In this document: positions 20,000 through 32,300 of the stretch, in pieces
How positions within the stretch are numbered: the first letter of the stretch is position 1
Layout: every line of letters begins with the position of its first letter
Origin: a bacterium
GTDB lineage: Bacteria > AUK180
NCBI GenBank assembly: GCA_023144005.1
Contig: JAGLGN010000020.1
Span: 10,941-74,940, forward strand
Length of the DNA stretch: 64,000 bases
Direction: 5' to 3'
The notes under the pieces: model-generated
Told to the model about the DNA's origin: nothing
The model's database searches: none
The model's input: only the letters and a program-made list of their open reading frames with translations
Position numbers and translations under genes: made by a program

Positions 20000-21181
20000 T
20001 TACTGTCCATTCTTTGGAATGAAACTATAAGAATTGAATTTCTTATCGACGATCAATCCCTCTTTAGGGATTTCTTTATGCAGGTCATGAGGATAGACAA
20101 CGATATCGTAATCGTCGTATTTGAGTTTTGAAGCCTTCCACATTGAAAAATACGAGTCAAACTGGTTCAGAGCAGCCGGATCACCCCAGTGAATTATCTT
20201 ATTGCCCTGAATTAACACTATCCCAAAAGGCAGCGTCTTTTTCCAAATTCCGTACCCATCACTTACATCTTCATCATCAGAAACGAAGTAGATCGCCTCC
20301 TTGGCAAGGAGGGATAGGTAATACTTAAAGGAATTTCGTTCAGTTCTCGATAGCTTAATAAATTCATTGGTCAGATTCTCGACCGGCTGTGCTTTTTTAA
20401 CAAGCGCGGTGAGAGAATGTATATTTTTCTTATAATCCGCTTTGATCGCATCCAATCCGGTAAATGTAAGAAAACGAACGGGCAAGAGCGGTTTCCCGAC
20501 TAGTCTATCTCCACGCTTTACAAATCTGCATAGCATCTCGAGTCCTCTTGTGAGAAGCGGTATAATAATAGTTCCACCATCCTGTAATTGATCAAACCAT
20601 GGAATGTCAGGAGTAGCACAGGTAACGATTATCGCTTTGTAGGGGGCATAAGGCGAAAATCCCATTCCACCGTCCCCGGTAATAACTGCGATCTCTTTGC
20701 CTGCCCTTTCAAGGTTCTTTTTAGCTATTTCCGCTACTTCACTCTCAATCTCAATGCTCGCGATATTCCCTTCCCCTACGATCTCGGAGATGATCGCCGA
20801 ATTGTATCCGCTTCCGGTACCGATCTCAAGAACATGATCACCTTCTGCGATATCTGCAATATCTATCATGTAGAGGATCAAACATGGCTGAGAACAGGTT
20901 GTCAATAGTTTATTGTCCCTGATCGCGACGACGAGTGCTGAATCAGTGTAGATCGCCTTTAACATTTCCTCATCCGGTGCACTGTAGTTCAACTTAGAGG
21001 AAAACCATTTACCCGTTCCTTCATCATAACTCCATCGGAAAGGAATGAAATCCGCTCTGAATACTCTTGAATACGCCGTTATGGTCGCAGGTTTCAACGC
21101 CTTGTGGCAGATCTCCTGCACTTTCTCTTCTATTTTTACTAATAATTCCTTTTGATAACTCTCGATCATCATCTTAGACAT
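20000..21181 (-). CDS. Protein-L-isoaspartate O-methyltransferase (PCMT)-domain protein with N- and C-terminal extensions
   Basis: Central VLEIGTGSGYNSAIISEIVG (SAM motif I) and ...AIIVTCATPDIPWFDQLQDGG match the PCMT fold. At 393 aa it is roughly 180 aa longer than canonical Pcm. Confidence 0.65.
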   Translation of the reverse strand: MSKMMIESYQKELLVKIEEKVQEICHKALKPATITAYSRVFRADFIPFRWSYDEGTGKWFSSKLNYSAPDEEMLKAIYTDSALVVAIRDNKLLTTCSQPCLILYMIDIADIAEGDHVLEIGTGSGYNSAIISEIVGEGNIASIEIESEVAEIAKKNLERAGKEIAVITGDGGMGFSPYAPYKAIIVTCATPDIPWFDQLQDGGTIIIPLLTRGLEMLCRFVKRGDRLVGKPLLPVRFLTFTGLDAIKADYKKNIHSLTALVKKAQPVENLTNEFIKLSRTERNSFKYYLSLLAKEAIYFVSDDEDVSDGYGIWKKTLPFGIVLIQGNKIIHWGDPAALNQFDSYFSMWKASKLKYDDYDIVVYPHDLHKEIPKEGLIVDKKFNSYSFIPKNGQ

Positions 21182-21437
21182 ATCTTATCCTTCTTGTATC
21201 AAACATGCTTTCTCCTGTCTCTTCTGTACAGGTATTCCGTTTTTCAATGAACTTGGAAATACCGTGATTTGAAAAGACAGCATCGGTATGAGAAAACCTT
21301 CTTTATAGCAGTATGGTACCACACAAAACAAATATTTTCAATTCCTTGACAGTGGTCAAACAGTTGTTTAAATGTTTTATTATTACTTCCATCCCCAATT
21401 TATCACATAAAGGATATTGACCAGGTACCTCATATTA

Positions 21438-22346
21438 CTAATTCCTGAATCTTTTGATCTTGTAGCCCTTGGTCGCTAGCATTTTAAGCAGACCGTCATC
21501 TCCCATAATATGACCACCGCCAACTATAACAAAGCGGGTTTTATCCTCTTCCAGGTAGCCTTCCATTTTATCCAGCATTGCAAGAGTTCTCGTACCATAG
21601 AGGGTTGCCATCAGATCCTCTACTTCGAATCCTGCTCCTTCTTTCATAAACAGCTTATAAATTCTGTCAACATCGCCGTTATCCCAGCTTTTAAAAAGTT
21701 CCTCAAGATCATCTTCTAATTCATTGATATTTTTATACGAATCCTGAAGAAATGTCATTTGCTCTTCTTTTGAAAGGGAATCCAGCAATTCGAACAGGAA
21801 TTTATAACCTTCCAATACTTCAAGCTCCTTATTATCTCTTTTCGCTTTAAAGTAGAAGTAGGTTTCTATCTCAAAACCGGGGGGATATCCTATGTTTGAG
21901 ATCTTCTTTTCGGTTATCATAATTGCAATAACCCAGGGCTTAAGGGTCTTATGCTGTTCATAATCAAGGCCGATCTCACCCATCTCTTCTTTTAATTGCC
22001 ATAGTTTCTTATATGAAAGTACATCTTGAAGGGTTTTTCCTTTTTCAAACCTTCCGATATAGGAATACCGTCGTATATTTTCGGAATCAATATCCGCTTC
22101 AAGAACAAGGGAATCGGCATCATCATAGGCTTTTATTATACTTTCTGCAAGCGGGTACATTTCTTTTCTGCCAACATGTGTGGAACCCAGCAAATACACC
22201 TTTCCCGTACCCTCAATTTCCCATAATAGAGGCTCATTCCCGAAAGCGCTGCTGCAAAGCAGAAAACCCAATGCAAATACTACACTCTTAATACTCATTT
22301 TCATTTTCAAATCCTTTCCTCTACCCATTATTTTGTTATCCTTCAA
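21438..22346 (-). CDS. TraB/GumN-family protein (secreted)
   Basis: Signal peptide, then LLWEIEGTGKVYLLGSTHVG, the hallmark N-terminal motif of TraB/GumN (PF01963). Confidence 0.65.
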   Translation of the reverse strand: MKDNKIMGRGKDLKMKMSIKSVVFALGFLLCSSAFGNEPLLWEIEGTGKVYLLGSTHVGRKEMYPLAESIIKAYDDADSLVLEADIDSENIRRYSYIGRFEKGKTLQDVLSYKKLWQLKEEMGEIGLDYEQHKTLKPWVIAIMITEKKISNIGYPPGFEIETYFYFKAKRDNKELEVLEGYKFLFELLDSLSKEEQMTFLQDSYKNINELEDDLEELFKSWDNGDVDRIYKLFMKEGAGFEVEDLMATLYGTRTLAMLDKMEGYLEEDKTRFVIVGGGHIMGDDGLLKMLATKGYKIKRFRN

Positions 22347-22783
22347 TCCGGAACTTGCGAGTTTTCCAAGGCTCTTTTATATTTCGCTTTACCTGCTAAT
22401 CCCGCGATCATATCAATTACTCCAAAGAGTACGGCTCCCCAGGCGAATACATAAGTTCCGCCCTCCGAGGTGTTCACATAAGTGATCACCGTGACGGCGG
22501 TTCCAAGAACTGCCCAGATGATTCCGGTTATGATCTTTTTAGAGTTTTTCTTCACCATTTCCTTCAAATATTCGGGAGAGCTTTTATACTCTATCAATCG
22601 GCGTTCGGTTTCCTCTACAAATGGAAATGCTTCGCTCTCTTCAATACCGCGTTTCATCAGGAATTTAACTATACTTTTCTTTTTTTTCTTCTTTTCCAGT
22701 CGCTCTACTACTGCAGCAGTTATTGCTTTCCACGCTTCATCATATTTACCGGGATCAGTCGATTTCCCCTGCTTCTCGATCAT
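22343..22783 (-). CDS. Small hypothetical membrane protein (2 C-terminal TM helices, K-rich linker)
   Basis: ORF of 146 aa. 4-nt overlap with the downstream gumN-like gene. Contains an A8 run encoding a KKKKKK stretch. Confidence 0.35.
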   Translation of the reverse strand: MIEKQGKSTDPGKYDEAWKAITAAVVERLEKKKKKKSIVKFLMKRGIEESEAFPFVEETERRLIEYKSSPEYLKEMVKKNSKKIITGIIWAVLGTAVTVITYVNTSEGGTYVFAWGAVLFGVIDMIAGLAGKAKYKRALENSQVPD

Positions 22784-22812
22784 AATATTCCCTCCGTATT
22801 CTATTGTTCACT

Positions 22813-25359
22813 TCACTTATCATTGCTCATTATTGATTTTAATTTAGCAGCAAGGTCCTGGATCTTGTATGGCTTTGGCAGGAACTCCATAAACCCCAGA
22901 TCTTTGTAATTAGAAATAGCGGGGTCATTTGTATACCCGGTAGAGACTATTGCTTTGACATTAGGATCAATCTCCTGAAGGCGCGTCATAGTTTCTTTAC
23001 CGCCCATGCCGTCGGGGATAGTAAGGTCCAGTATCACCCCATCAAACGGTTCTCCGGCAGAAAGGGATTTCTTATATTCCTCAAGTACTCGTTCACCGTT
23101 ACATGTCATCATGGTTTCATACCCCAGGCGTTTCAACAGACGCGCCAGAAGGTCACGGATAGGTTTTTCATCATCCATAATAAGTATTTTACCTGAACCG
23201 ATGGGAAGTGTGAACTCTTCCTGTATCTGATCCGATTCTGAGAGATTTGAAGCAATGGGAATAATTATTCTGAATTCCGTACCTTCTTCGGGAACGGAAT
23301 CGACCGCGATATACCCGCTATGCCGTCTTATGATGGAAAATGAGGTGGCCAAACCAAGGCCGCTGCCTTTTTGCTTGGTGGTAAAAAACGGATCGAATAC
23401 GCTTTTCAGATGTTCTTTTGAAATTCCATGCCCGCTATCTTTTATTGATATCTGAACATACTCCCCGTCTTTCAGAGGATAAAGTGACTGCAATCCGATC
23501 TCGATATTTGAGATCGCTATTTTAAGTTTTCCGCCTCCCGGCATCGCCTGAATCGAGTTAATGATAATATTATTGATCACCTGATTTATCTGCCCGGGAT
23601 CCACTTCAACATGCAGTATGTCATTTGGAATATCATATTGGCATTTTACTTTCGTTCCTCTCAATACAAAATCAGCCGATTCCCTTACAAGAGCGGTGAT
23701 ATCAGAGCTCTCTTTTACAGGAACGCCACCCTTGGAAAAGGTCAAAAGCTGCTGTGTCAGATTACTTGCATTGAGAATCGCATTATTAGCCTCTTGCAGG
23801 ATATCATAAGAATTATTATCTCTTCCGAGATTCATCTCAACCAATTGGAGATTGCCGAAAATAACCGTTAGGAGATTGTTAAAATCGTGGGCAATACCGC
23901 CGGCCAGGATGCCGAGGGACTCCAATTTCTGCACCTTGAGAAGTTCGGCCTGCATCTTTTTCTCATCTGTGATATCGCTCATAGTTCCTATTATTCCAGA
24001 AGGTTTTCCGTCTTTCCCTTTGATCAATGTATTATGCATCTGCGAGGGGAAAGTACTTCCATCCTTTCTCATATGCCACACTTCACCCATGAATTCACCC
24101 GTATCAAATATCTGTTTATTTGCTTTTTGCACCAGAGGTAATTGCTCTTTTGTGTGAAATATACTCAGGTTTTCTCCATATATATCTTCAGGTTCATAGC
24201 CGTGCATATTGGCAAATGCCCGATTGATATAAATGACATCTCCCTTAAGATCCACAAGGCATAGGCCTTCGTGACTCTGATCAACAGTGGTCTTTAAAAG
24301 GCGGAGCGTCTCCTCCGATACTCGAATATCAGTGATATCAAGTGACACCACTATCATTCCAACAATATCCCCTTTCTCATTCTTCAGTGGTACCTTGTCC
24401 GTTTTCCACCATTTCTTCCCGCTTGGAGTGTCTAACTCCCTGATAATGTTCAATTGGGATTTTCCCGTATTAAGGACCTTCATGTCGCTTTCAAATATTT
24501 CTTTCCCATGATTGGGAAATGTGTCAAAGGGCGTTGAACCTATGAGCTCCTCTTCAGTTTTCCCGATATTCCGGCATAGTGCGCGGTTAACTCTGACGAT
24601 CTTGTCCTCGGTATCCTTGTAAGAGATCATCGTGGGTACGGTGTCAAGAATGTTTTGCAGTTCATCCTTCTGTTGTTTTAACTTCTTCTCGAAACTGTTT
24701 CGGCTTTGAAGGGTTTCGAAGAACCTTAATCCATATCCTATTTCCTCTCCGAGAGCGACCAGAAGGGAGAGCTCCTCCTCATGGAATTTCCCTGTAGCTT
24801 CGGAATAAATATTCAGGGCGCCGAATATTTTATTTGCATATCTTATGGGGATCGCTATAGAAGAACGGAAGCCGCAATTACGGGCCTGTTCGCGCCATAT
24901 ATTGTAAGAATCCCCCTTTTCAATATCCGCTTGAACTACCGGCCTGTTTTCCCTGATCGCTGTTCCAGTCGGGCACATCCCGGATTCCGATTCATCCCAT
25001 GTAATCTTGATTGAAGAAAGGTGCTCTGTATCACAACCGAATTGAACCTCGGGTTCAACGTCCATGCACGGAGGCGGCTTTTTCAGGCCAACCCATGCCA
25101 TTTTATAGTCACCCTGCTCTACAAGGAGACGGCAGATCCCCATAAGGAATTTTTTCCTGCCCTCCATGTTAAGAAGTGTTTTCATGGAAAGGCTCATAAC
25201 CTTCCAGCCCCTGTTTAAGCGGGCCAAACGCCTTTTGAGTTCTTCATTTTCTTTGATAAGCTCCGAGTTGCGGATATCGATATTTTTCTGATTTCCCATT
25301 CGTAATTTTAACACTTTTGCAGTTTTCGTACAAATTTGTTGGAAATTACTTGTAAACAC
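22813..25359 (-). CDS. Hybrid sensor histidine kinase (GAF + PAS domains, HisKA, HATPase_c, C-terminal receiver domain)
   Basis: HisKA region AGGIAHDFNNLLTVIFGNLQL with the phospho-accepting His. HATPase motifs follow (GGKLKI..., DSGHGI, GSGLGL). The C-terminal REC has KILIMDDE...DLTIPDGMGG. The N-terminal region has GAF/PAS features. Confidence 0.8.
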   Translation of the reverse strand: MFTSNFQQICTKTAKVLKLRMGNQKNIDIRNSELIKENEELKRRLARLNRGWKVMSLSMKTLLNMEGRKKFLMGICRLLVEQGDYKMAWVGLKKPPPCMDVEPEVQFGCDTEHLSSIKITWDESESGMCPTGTAIRENRPVVQADIEKGDSYNIWREQARNCGFRSSIAIPIRYANKIFGALNIYSEATGKFHEEELSLLVALGEEIGYGLRFFETLQSRNSFEKKLKQQKDELQNILDTVPTMISYKDTEDKIVRVNRALCRNIGKTEEELIGSTPFDTFPNHGKEIFESDMKVLNTGKSQLNIIRELDTPSGKKWWKTDKVPLKNEKGDIVGMIVVSLDITDIRVSEETLRLLKTTVDQSHEGLCLVDLKGDVIYINRAFANMHGYEPEDIYGENLSIFHTKEQLPLVQKANKQIFDTGEFMGEVWHMRKDGSTFPSQMHNTLIKGKDGKPSGIIGTMSDITDEKKMQAELLKVQKLESLGILAGGIAHDFNNLLTVIFGNLQLVEMNLGRDNNSYDILQEANNAILNASNLTQQLLTFSKGGVPVKESSDITALVRESADFVLRGTKVKCQYDIPNDILHVEVDPGQINQVINNIIINSIQAMPGGGKLKIAISNIEIGLQSLYPLKDGEYVQISIKDSGHGISKEHLKSVFDPFFTTKQKGSGLGLATSFSIIRRHSGYIAVDSVPEEGTEFRIIIPIASNLSESDQIQEEFTLPIGSGKILIMDDEKPIRDLLARLLKRLGYETMMTCNGERVLEEYKKSLSAGEPFDGVILDLTIPDGMGGKETMTRLQEIDPNVKAIVSTGYTNDPAISNYKDLGFMEFLPKPYKIQDLAAKLKSIMSNDK

Positions 25360-25385
25360 TTAAGAATCTTTTTGAATTCTAATTT

Positions 25386-25507
25386 TTAATTGTCAATTTC
25401 TCTATAATCACTGCGAAGCGTCATTCTTCATTGTATTTTCCCACTTTACACTTCACACTTTCTTTTACACTTGTCCCTTGTACACTTGTGCCTTGTGCCT
25501 TGTGTTC
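25386..25507. repeat. Intergenic word-repeat cluster (TTAATTGTCAATTTC; CACTGCGAAGCGTC; TGTATTTTCCCACTTTACACTTCACAC; CACTTGTCCCTTGTACACTTGTGCCTTGTGCCTTGTG)
   Basis: A 40-nt core (TGTATTTTCCCACTTTACACTTCACAC) is shared with 26295-26340. Both lie in upstream regions of minus-strand genes. Confidence 0.7.
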
Positions 25508-26196
25508 TACTTTGCTTTCTCTACAATAGTACTATAGTATTCCAAGCCCCATACATAAGAGTATTCAATGATCTGATTAATGATCTTCTGTGCTTCGCCG
25601 TCCAATTCCTTGCTGAATTTCTCATTCGGTTTAGGGTTTGCATCACTGATCACGACCTGCAAGTAATATGTTTCCATCGATTGCCCCCGTTCATCAAGCG
25701 CTAAACTCGCCGAGCCTTTTCTGAGTCCTTGGAACGGCAAATAGCCTTCAGCCTTAACACCTACGGATATGACTATATTTGTCTTGTCGTCTTTTTTGAA
25801 ATAATACGGCCCAAGAGAGCGTGTATTGCGGATCTTATATCCGTTCTTGCATGCCCATAAATAAAAGCTGCGCTCAATTATCGTAGCTAAATGTTCAACA
25901 TGATCTAGTTTCTTTGCTTTTATTTCGGCAATTTCGATCTTTGCTTCGGCTACTATGGAAGAAAGATTCCATTTCTTTGTTTGATACTTAATTACCAGCG
26001 CCTCGGCTTCCTGCTTGGCTGTACTGTCATGTATGCAGGGGTCTTCAATAAGCGGTACCTTTCCGCCATGCCTAAGCTCGATGTATTCAACATCAGCTTC
26101 CGGTTTGACATTCTCCGCATTCAGATAAACCAAAGTGCTTACAAGTAGTAAGAGCACACTTAATTTCAACGCTGCAAGTAATACGCTTTTCTTCAT
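25507..26196 (-). CDS. Hypothetical secreted protein
   Basis: Signal peptide MKKSVLLAALKLSVLLLLVS. No recognisable domain. Confidence 0.4.
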   Translation of the reverse strand: MKKSVLLAALKLSVLLLLVSTLVYLNAENVKPEADVEYIELRHGGKVPLIEDPCIHDSTAKQEAEALVIKYQTKKWNLSSIVAEAKIEIAEIKAKKLDHVEHLATIIERSFYLWACKNGYKIRNTRSLGPYYFKKDDKTNIVISVGVKAEGYLPFQGLRKGSASLALDERGQSMETYYLQVVISDANPKPNEKFSKELDGEAQKIINQIIEYSYVWGLEYYSTIVEKAK

Positions 26197-26269
26197 AACA
26201 ACCTCCTGTAATTAAAATATAGTTATCTCATTCCTCTTTTTCTCTTCTCTAATTCTTCATTTCTTAATT

Positions 26270-26360
26270 CTTCATTGTTCATTATTCATTGTTCATTGTT
26301 CACTGTATTTTCCCACTTTACACTTCACACTTCACACCTCACACTTTCTTCTGCACCTGT
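26270..26360. repeat. Intergenic word-repeat cluster (TTCATTGTTCA x4 tandem; CACTTCACAC x3 tandem)
   Basis: Period-8 tandem units. TTCATTGTTCATT is the reverse complement of the AATGAACAATGAA module at 11811-11841. Confidence 0.7.
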
Positions 26361-29300
26361 CTACTTGAGTATAACACACTTACCCTGGATCTGCTCGCCT
26401 GCTTCGTCGGTAATAATGTATATATATACCCCTGAAACGACCTTTTTTCCTCTGCGTGTCCTAAGGTCCCAGGTGTGATCGATCAATTCCGGCTGCATTT
26501 TAATTACAAATTCTCCTGAAATACTGTATATCGCAATACTTGAATTCTCAGTGAGATTGGCAAATGTGATATGTTCAATACCCATATTGCTGCTCCACGG
26601 AACGGGATAAACCACGACATCGCCAAGGCCTTGAGCATAATTGTTCACCGCATCAAAATCCTGTACCTGGCTTATCGTCAGGTCAATGAACTGAGCCGTC
26701 TCCGGAGTATATTTATAAAGCCCTACTTCAGGAGTAACCGTATATGTCGCGCCTGCATCAAGGTCCGTAAACAAGTAATATCCTGAAATATCAGTATAAA
26801 CTTCCGTTGTGGAAGCACCCGTAAGAACAACCTTGATATCCGCCAAAGGAGTTATCCCTGACATAATATTTCCGCTTATCGACCATGAATTCAATGTTCC
26901 GGTGAAGTCCACATCAGAAACATTCGCACTCAAAACAGTACAATTGGTATTTGCGGGGCTGAATTCATAATGCGTATGCGAAGGCGTGACCGTATAATCT
27001 TTGCCCGCATCAAGACCGGCAAAGGAATAATTACCGCTGCCGTCAGTCGTCGTTGATGCTGTCGCATAACCGCTCAGATCCACGGTAGCACCGCTTATCG
27101 GATTTGTGCCGTCGGTGATGTTCCCTGAGATATCCCATGTATTCAGAGTTCCCGTAAAATCAGAGCTCGAGATATCCGAGCTGATATTATTATACGAATT
27201 GCTGGGAGCCGCAAAGGTGTAATGCGTCATTGACGGTGTAACCGCAAAGTCCTCACCCGCATTCAAACCGGCAAAGGAATAGTTCCCACTGCCGTCTGTC
27301 GTAGTTGTAGCAGAGGCATAGCCGCTCAGATCGACCGTAACACCGCTTATCGGGTTCGCGCCATCTGTTATCGTGCCTGAAATGGTCCATGTATTCAATA
27401 TGGCAGTGAAATCAGTTGAGGTTTCATCCGCGCTCAAATCTGTATGCTCTGTACTTGTAGGAGCAAAGGAATAATGCGTGAGTGATGGAGTAACGGTATA
27501 ATCTCCGCCAGCGTCAAGGCCGGCAAAGGAATAATTGCCGCTGCCGTCGGTAACAGCAAAGGTAGTCGCTGAGCCGGTGAGATCCACGGTGACACCAGAA
27601 AGCGGGGTAGCCCCATTAGTAATGGTGCCCGAGATATCCCAGGTTTTCAATGTACCGGTAAAATCATTTCCGGTATCATTCGCGCTGAGATCCAGGATCG
27701 AAATATTCACGGGAGCAAATATATAATGCGTATGAGATGGTGTCATGGTATAATCACCACCTGCGTCAAGATCGGCAAAGGAATAATTACCGCTGCCGTC
27801 AGTAACAGTCGTGGCGGTAGCCGAGCCAGAAAGGTCGACTGTAACGCCGCTTATCGGGTTAGTGCCGTCGGTGATCGTCCCAGAAATGTCCCATGTATCG
27901 ATCGTCCCTGTGAAATCGGTATTGTTGCGATCGCCTCCCAAATTAAAATGGGTGGTCCCTGAAGGTACGAACATGTAGTGTGTGTATGACGGTGTAACCG
28001 TATATGTCGCTCCCGCGTCAAGCCCGGCAAAGGAATAATTACCGCTGCCGTCGGTCGTAGTTGATGCTGACACATAACCGCTCAGATCGACCGTAACTCC
28101 GCTTAACGGATCAGTGCCGTCTGTGATCGTGCCTGATACATCCCATGTATTAAGAGTTCCAGTGAAATCGGTCGCGGTTTCATCCGCGCTAAGATCGGTA
28201 TATGTGGTACTTATAGGAGCGAATGTATAATGCGTGAGTGACGGCGTGACCGTATAATCACCGCCCGCATCAAGCCCGGCAAAGGAATAATTACCGCTGC
28301 CGTCAGTTGTCGTTGTAGCAGTTGCCGAACCCGAAAGATCGACAGTAACTCCGCTTAACGGATTAGCGCCGTCCGTGATCGTTCCCGAGATATCCCATGT
28401 ATTAAGGGTTCCTGTAAAATCAACTGATGTCTGATCGCTGTCCAATGAAGCGATATCCGTAAATGACGGTGAGAACGAATAATGTGTAAATGATGGGGTG
28501 ACAGTATAGCTTTCACCATGAGGGACATCCGCGAACGAATAATTTCCGCTGCCATCAGTAACGGTGGAAGCCGAACTGTATCCGCTCAGATCAACCGTAA
28601 CTCCAGCCATCGGAACTGCACCATCGGTTATCGTGCCCGAGATGGTGTGCGGAAGAGATTTTGTGATTACATCAAGCTCATCCGAAGCATCCCTTGAAAG
28701 AGGGATGCAATTCTTGGCTACGACCAAGTAAAAATATCCTGTCGCGGGTGTCAAGCCAGAGTCAGCAAATGTCAAAGCATTGGTATCCGAAGCGAGCAGA
28801 GTCGCAGTAATAGTATCCACCGGCGTCGTGCCGCTTCTGTAAAGATCGTATATAACCTCTTCTATCGTCTGCTGGGCATCTGTTGCCGCATCCCAGACAA
28901 TAGTTATCGCATTGTAAGTAACAACAGTCGAATCTATATTAGAAATACCTGAAACAGCCCAGTCTGGTGCGGTTGTATCCGCAGGATCACATGCAGGCAA
29001 AGTTGCAATCGCTAGCTCGTCCGATGCCTCCCTTTCAAGCGGCACACAATTGCGTACGACAACTTTATAATAATATGTCGTCTCCATTGTCAGTCCCGTA
29101 TCCAGATATGTATTTGCTTCAGTATCTTCAACTATCGGTGTCAATGAACTTGTGTCAGAAATTGTAACGGTATCTCTGTACAGATCATAGGTAAGAGGCA
29201 ATGTGTCGTTCTCAAGATCAGAGGCCGCATCCCATTCCAAGTCAATAGATGTGTGGGATATTGCCGTTGAACAGATATTCGAGACCCCTGAAACTGTCCA

Positions 29301-32300
29301 ATCCGCAGCGGTAACATCGGCGGGATCGCAGATGACAGGTAGCGGAGCGGTATTTATATCGGCTACTGAACGGGGGTTCAATCTATAATAATCGTATCCG
29401 TATAATAACACACCCGTTAATTGACTTATCGTCTGGCCTGCCGTCATCTCGGCATGGTAAAAAGCATCATCACAGCCGAGTATCTTGGTTCCAGCGGAAT
29501 CCCTGAACTCCCAATAGCCGTGATTTCCGGTGGTCGAACTCACCACAACATCATAGAATGTCACAAGGACACCTTCATACGCTTCAGGTACGAGATCGCA
29601 ATTGGCGCCTTCCGGATCATTGTCTCCGATCTCTTCCACAGTTGTAGTGGTCGCATTTGTGGAATTGCCGGAAGAATTCACGGCATAAGCTGTAATCGTG
29701 TTGATCTGAGAAAGCCCGAAATACTCGTCAACCGTACCGGTAATGGTAATATTATCCCCTATAACAGGGAAATTTGTGAAGTCATAGACATAAATACCGT
29801 TCCAAGCGCCATCGGCATCGGTAATAATATATTTATTCGTACCGACCGCAGTAACATTCCCCGTCAAGGTAACTTCTTCCGCTTCTCTTGGAGAATCGTA
29901 GCATTCCGATCCGACGCTTCCTGTAAATTGTATACTGTAGATAGTATCAACCGGAACGGCCGGCGTAATAACGGTCAGCTCATCAGAGGAATCCCTTGAA
30001 AGCGGAACACAATTGGAAACCGTGACAAGATAATAATATGTATTGGAAGCGGAAACCGTATTGTCAGCGTATGTAGTAAGAACCGTATTATTGGCAAGTA
30101 ATGTTGCGGTTGTCGTATTGAGCGGCGTTGAATTACTTCTATAAAGATCGTATGTCAATGCCTGCGTATTGTTATCACTGTCGGATGCGGCATCCCATGA
30201 AAGCGCAACGGATGTCTGCGAAACAGAAGTGCTATCCAGATTGGAGATCCCTGAGACAGTCCAATCAGGCGCTGTAGTATCCGAATCATCACAAAGAGAA
30301 GCCCCGGAAGTGTCAATATCGGCTGCTGAGCGGGGGTTCAATCTATAATAATCGTATCCGTATAATAACACACCCGTTAATTGACTTATCGTCTGGCCTG
30401 CCGTCATCTCGGCATGGTAAAAAGCATCATCACAGCCGAGTATCTTGGTTCCAGCGGAATCCCTGAACTCCCAATAGCCGTGATTTCCGGTGGTCGAACT
30501 CACCACAACATCATAGAATGTCACAAGGACACCTTCATACGCTTCAGGTACGAGATCACAATTGGCGCCTTCCGGATCATTGTCTCCGATCTCTTCCACC
30601 GTTGTTGTAGTGGCGTTTACAGGATTACCGGAAGAATTCAAGGTATATGAAGTGATCGTAGTAAGTTCAGTCAAACCGAAATACTCATCTACCGTGCCGG
30701 TAATAGTAATATTATCCCCTACCGTAGGAGTGTAATTGGAGTCATAAACATATAAGCCGTTCCATGCACCATCCGCATCGGAGATAACATATTTTCCGGT
30801 TGCGATTGCCGTAACAACACCTGTAAGGGTGACCTCTTCCGCATCCCTGGGAGAGTCATAACATCCGGATCCAAGAGTTCCTGTAAATTGCACACTGTAG
30901 ATAGTATCCCCTGCCGGGCCGGCGGGAGTTGTAGTTTTAACCTCATCGGAAGCTTCCTTTTCAAGAGGCACACAGTTCTTTGCCGCTATTTTGTAATAGT
31001 ATGTATTTTCAGGAACCACTGTGCTATCCGCATATGCTGTACCCGTAAGATTCGATGCGACAACGGTAGCTGTAGATGTATCGACAGGCGTAGAACCGCT
31101 TCGGTAAAGGTCATAGGTCACGGCTTCTGTCGTATTTTCAGTATCCGCGGCAACTCCCCAACTGAGAGTTATCGAGCTTGATGCGGTATTTGTAACGGCG
31201 ATATCCGATACTCCGCTCACCGTCCAATCTGGAGGTGTCGTGTCACTGTCATCACAGGCAGCAAGCGTCTCCCTCTGAATAAATTCATCCCAATTGCTTG
31301 TAGTAGCGATCAGCGTCGAGTCATAATACGCGTCATAATCCAATTCATCTAAGGGATAATAGATACCGGTCCCGTAACAATCATTTCCCGTCTCGGCAAA
31401 ATTATTTGTGACCGCATTAGTAATGGCCGTTCTAACTGCTGCAGAGCTGTCCTTCAAAGATTGCGGTACCGCCTGGGCCTCTAATTTCAAACAGAAATCG
31501 TAAAGATCTATCTGATCGTAATAAGGGTAAGAAGAGTCAAGTTCAAAGGTATTGGCTCTTGCGTTTTGTATCTGCGTGCCATATGAGCTCAAATTCTGTC
31601 TGAGCTTGATCGCGAAAGAATTGATCGCGGGTGTCAGGCCTGAAGATACCTGCGCGAGGTCCAGGGCAGATTGTGTCCATCCGTTTGATCCACTTTCTCC
31701 CGCAGCATATGCGTCAACTACCGAATTTGCCAATGCCACAGGTGTAATTGTCCCTCCACTGCTCACAATATCATTCAGAAACGGTGTATAAGACCATCCG
31801 TCAAGCCACTCCGACATCTCTGATGCCACCATATAATCAAAATACGGAGCTGATTCCGCATTATTTTCCCACATCTGGTCAAGACATACATCATAACCCA
31901 CTATGTCGAGTTTTGAGCCGTAATAAGTATATATCTCTTTAAAAGCCGTACCAAGTTCACCGAGCATACCCGGAGTGCCTGAAGTGAAATATAAGTAATC
32001 GCCACTTGTATCATCCGAGGAAGCGCCCTTGTAAGAGGCAAGATTATCCTCGACTTTCCGCCAGCCGTCACCATGATCCCAGATCACCAGCATATAATGC
32101 TCGGCGGGGTAATTATCCCTCACCCATTTTCCGAAGGAGACCAATGTATCGCCATCTCCCATATTTGCCTCTCCGATATCCGAAACAGCGTTTGCAATTG
32201 TCGGAGTCATCCCGGAGGTAATATAATATCTCTTAGTTGAGGTCCAGTCGTCGTATAATGAAGAATAACCACCGATCCTGTCCATCTGGACAACGATATT

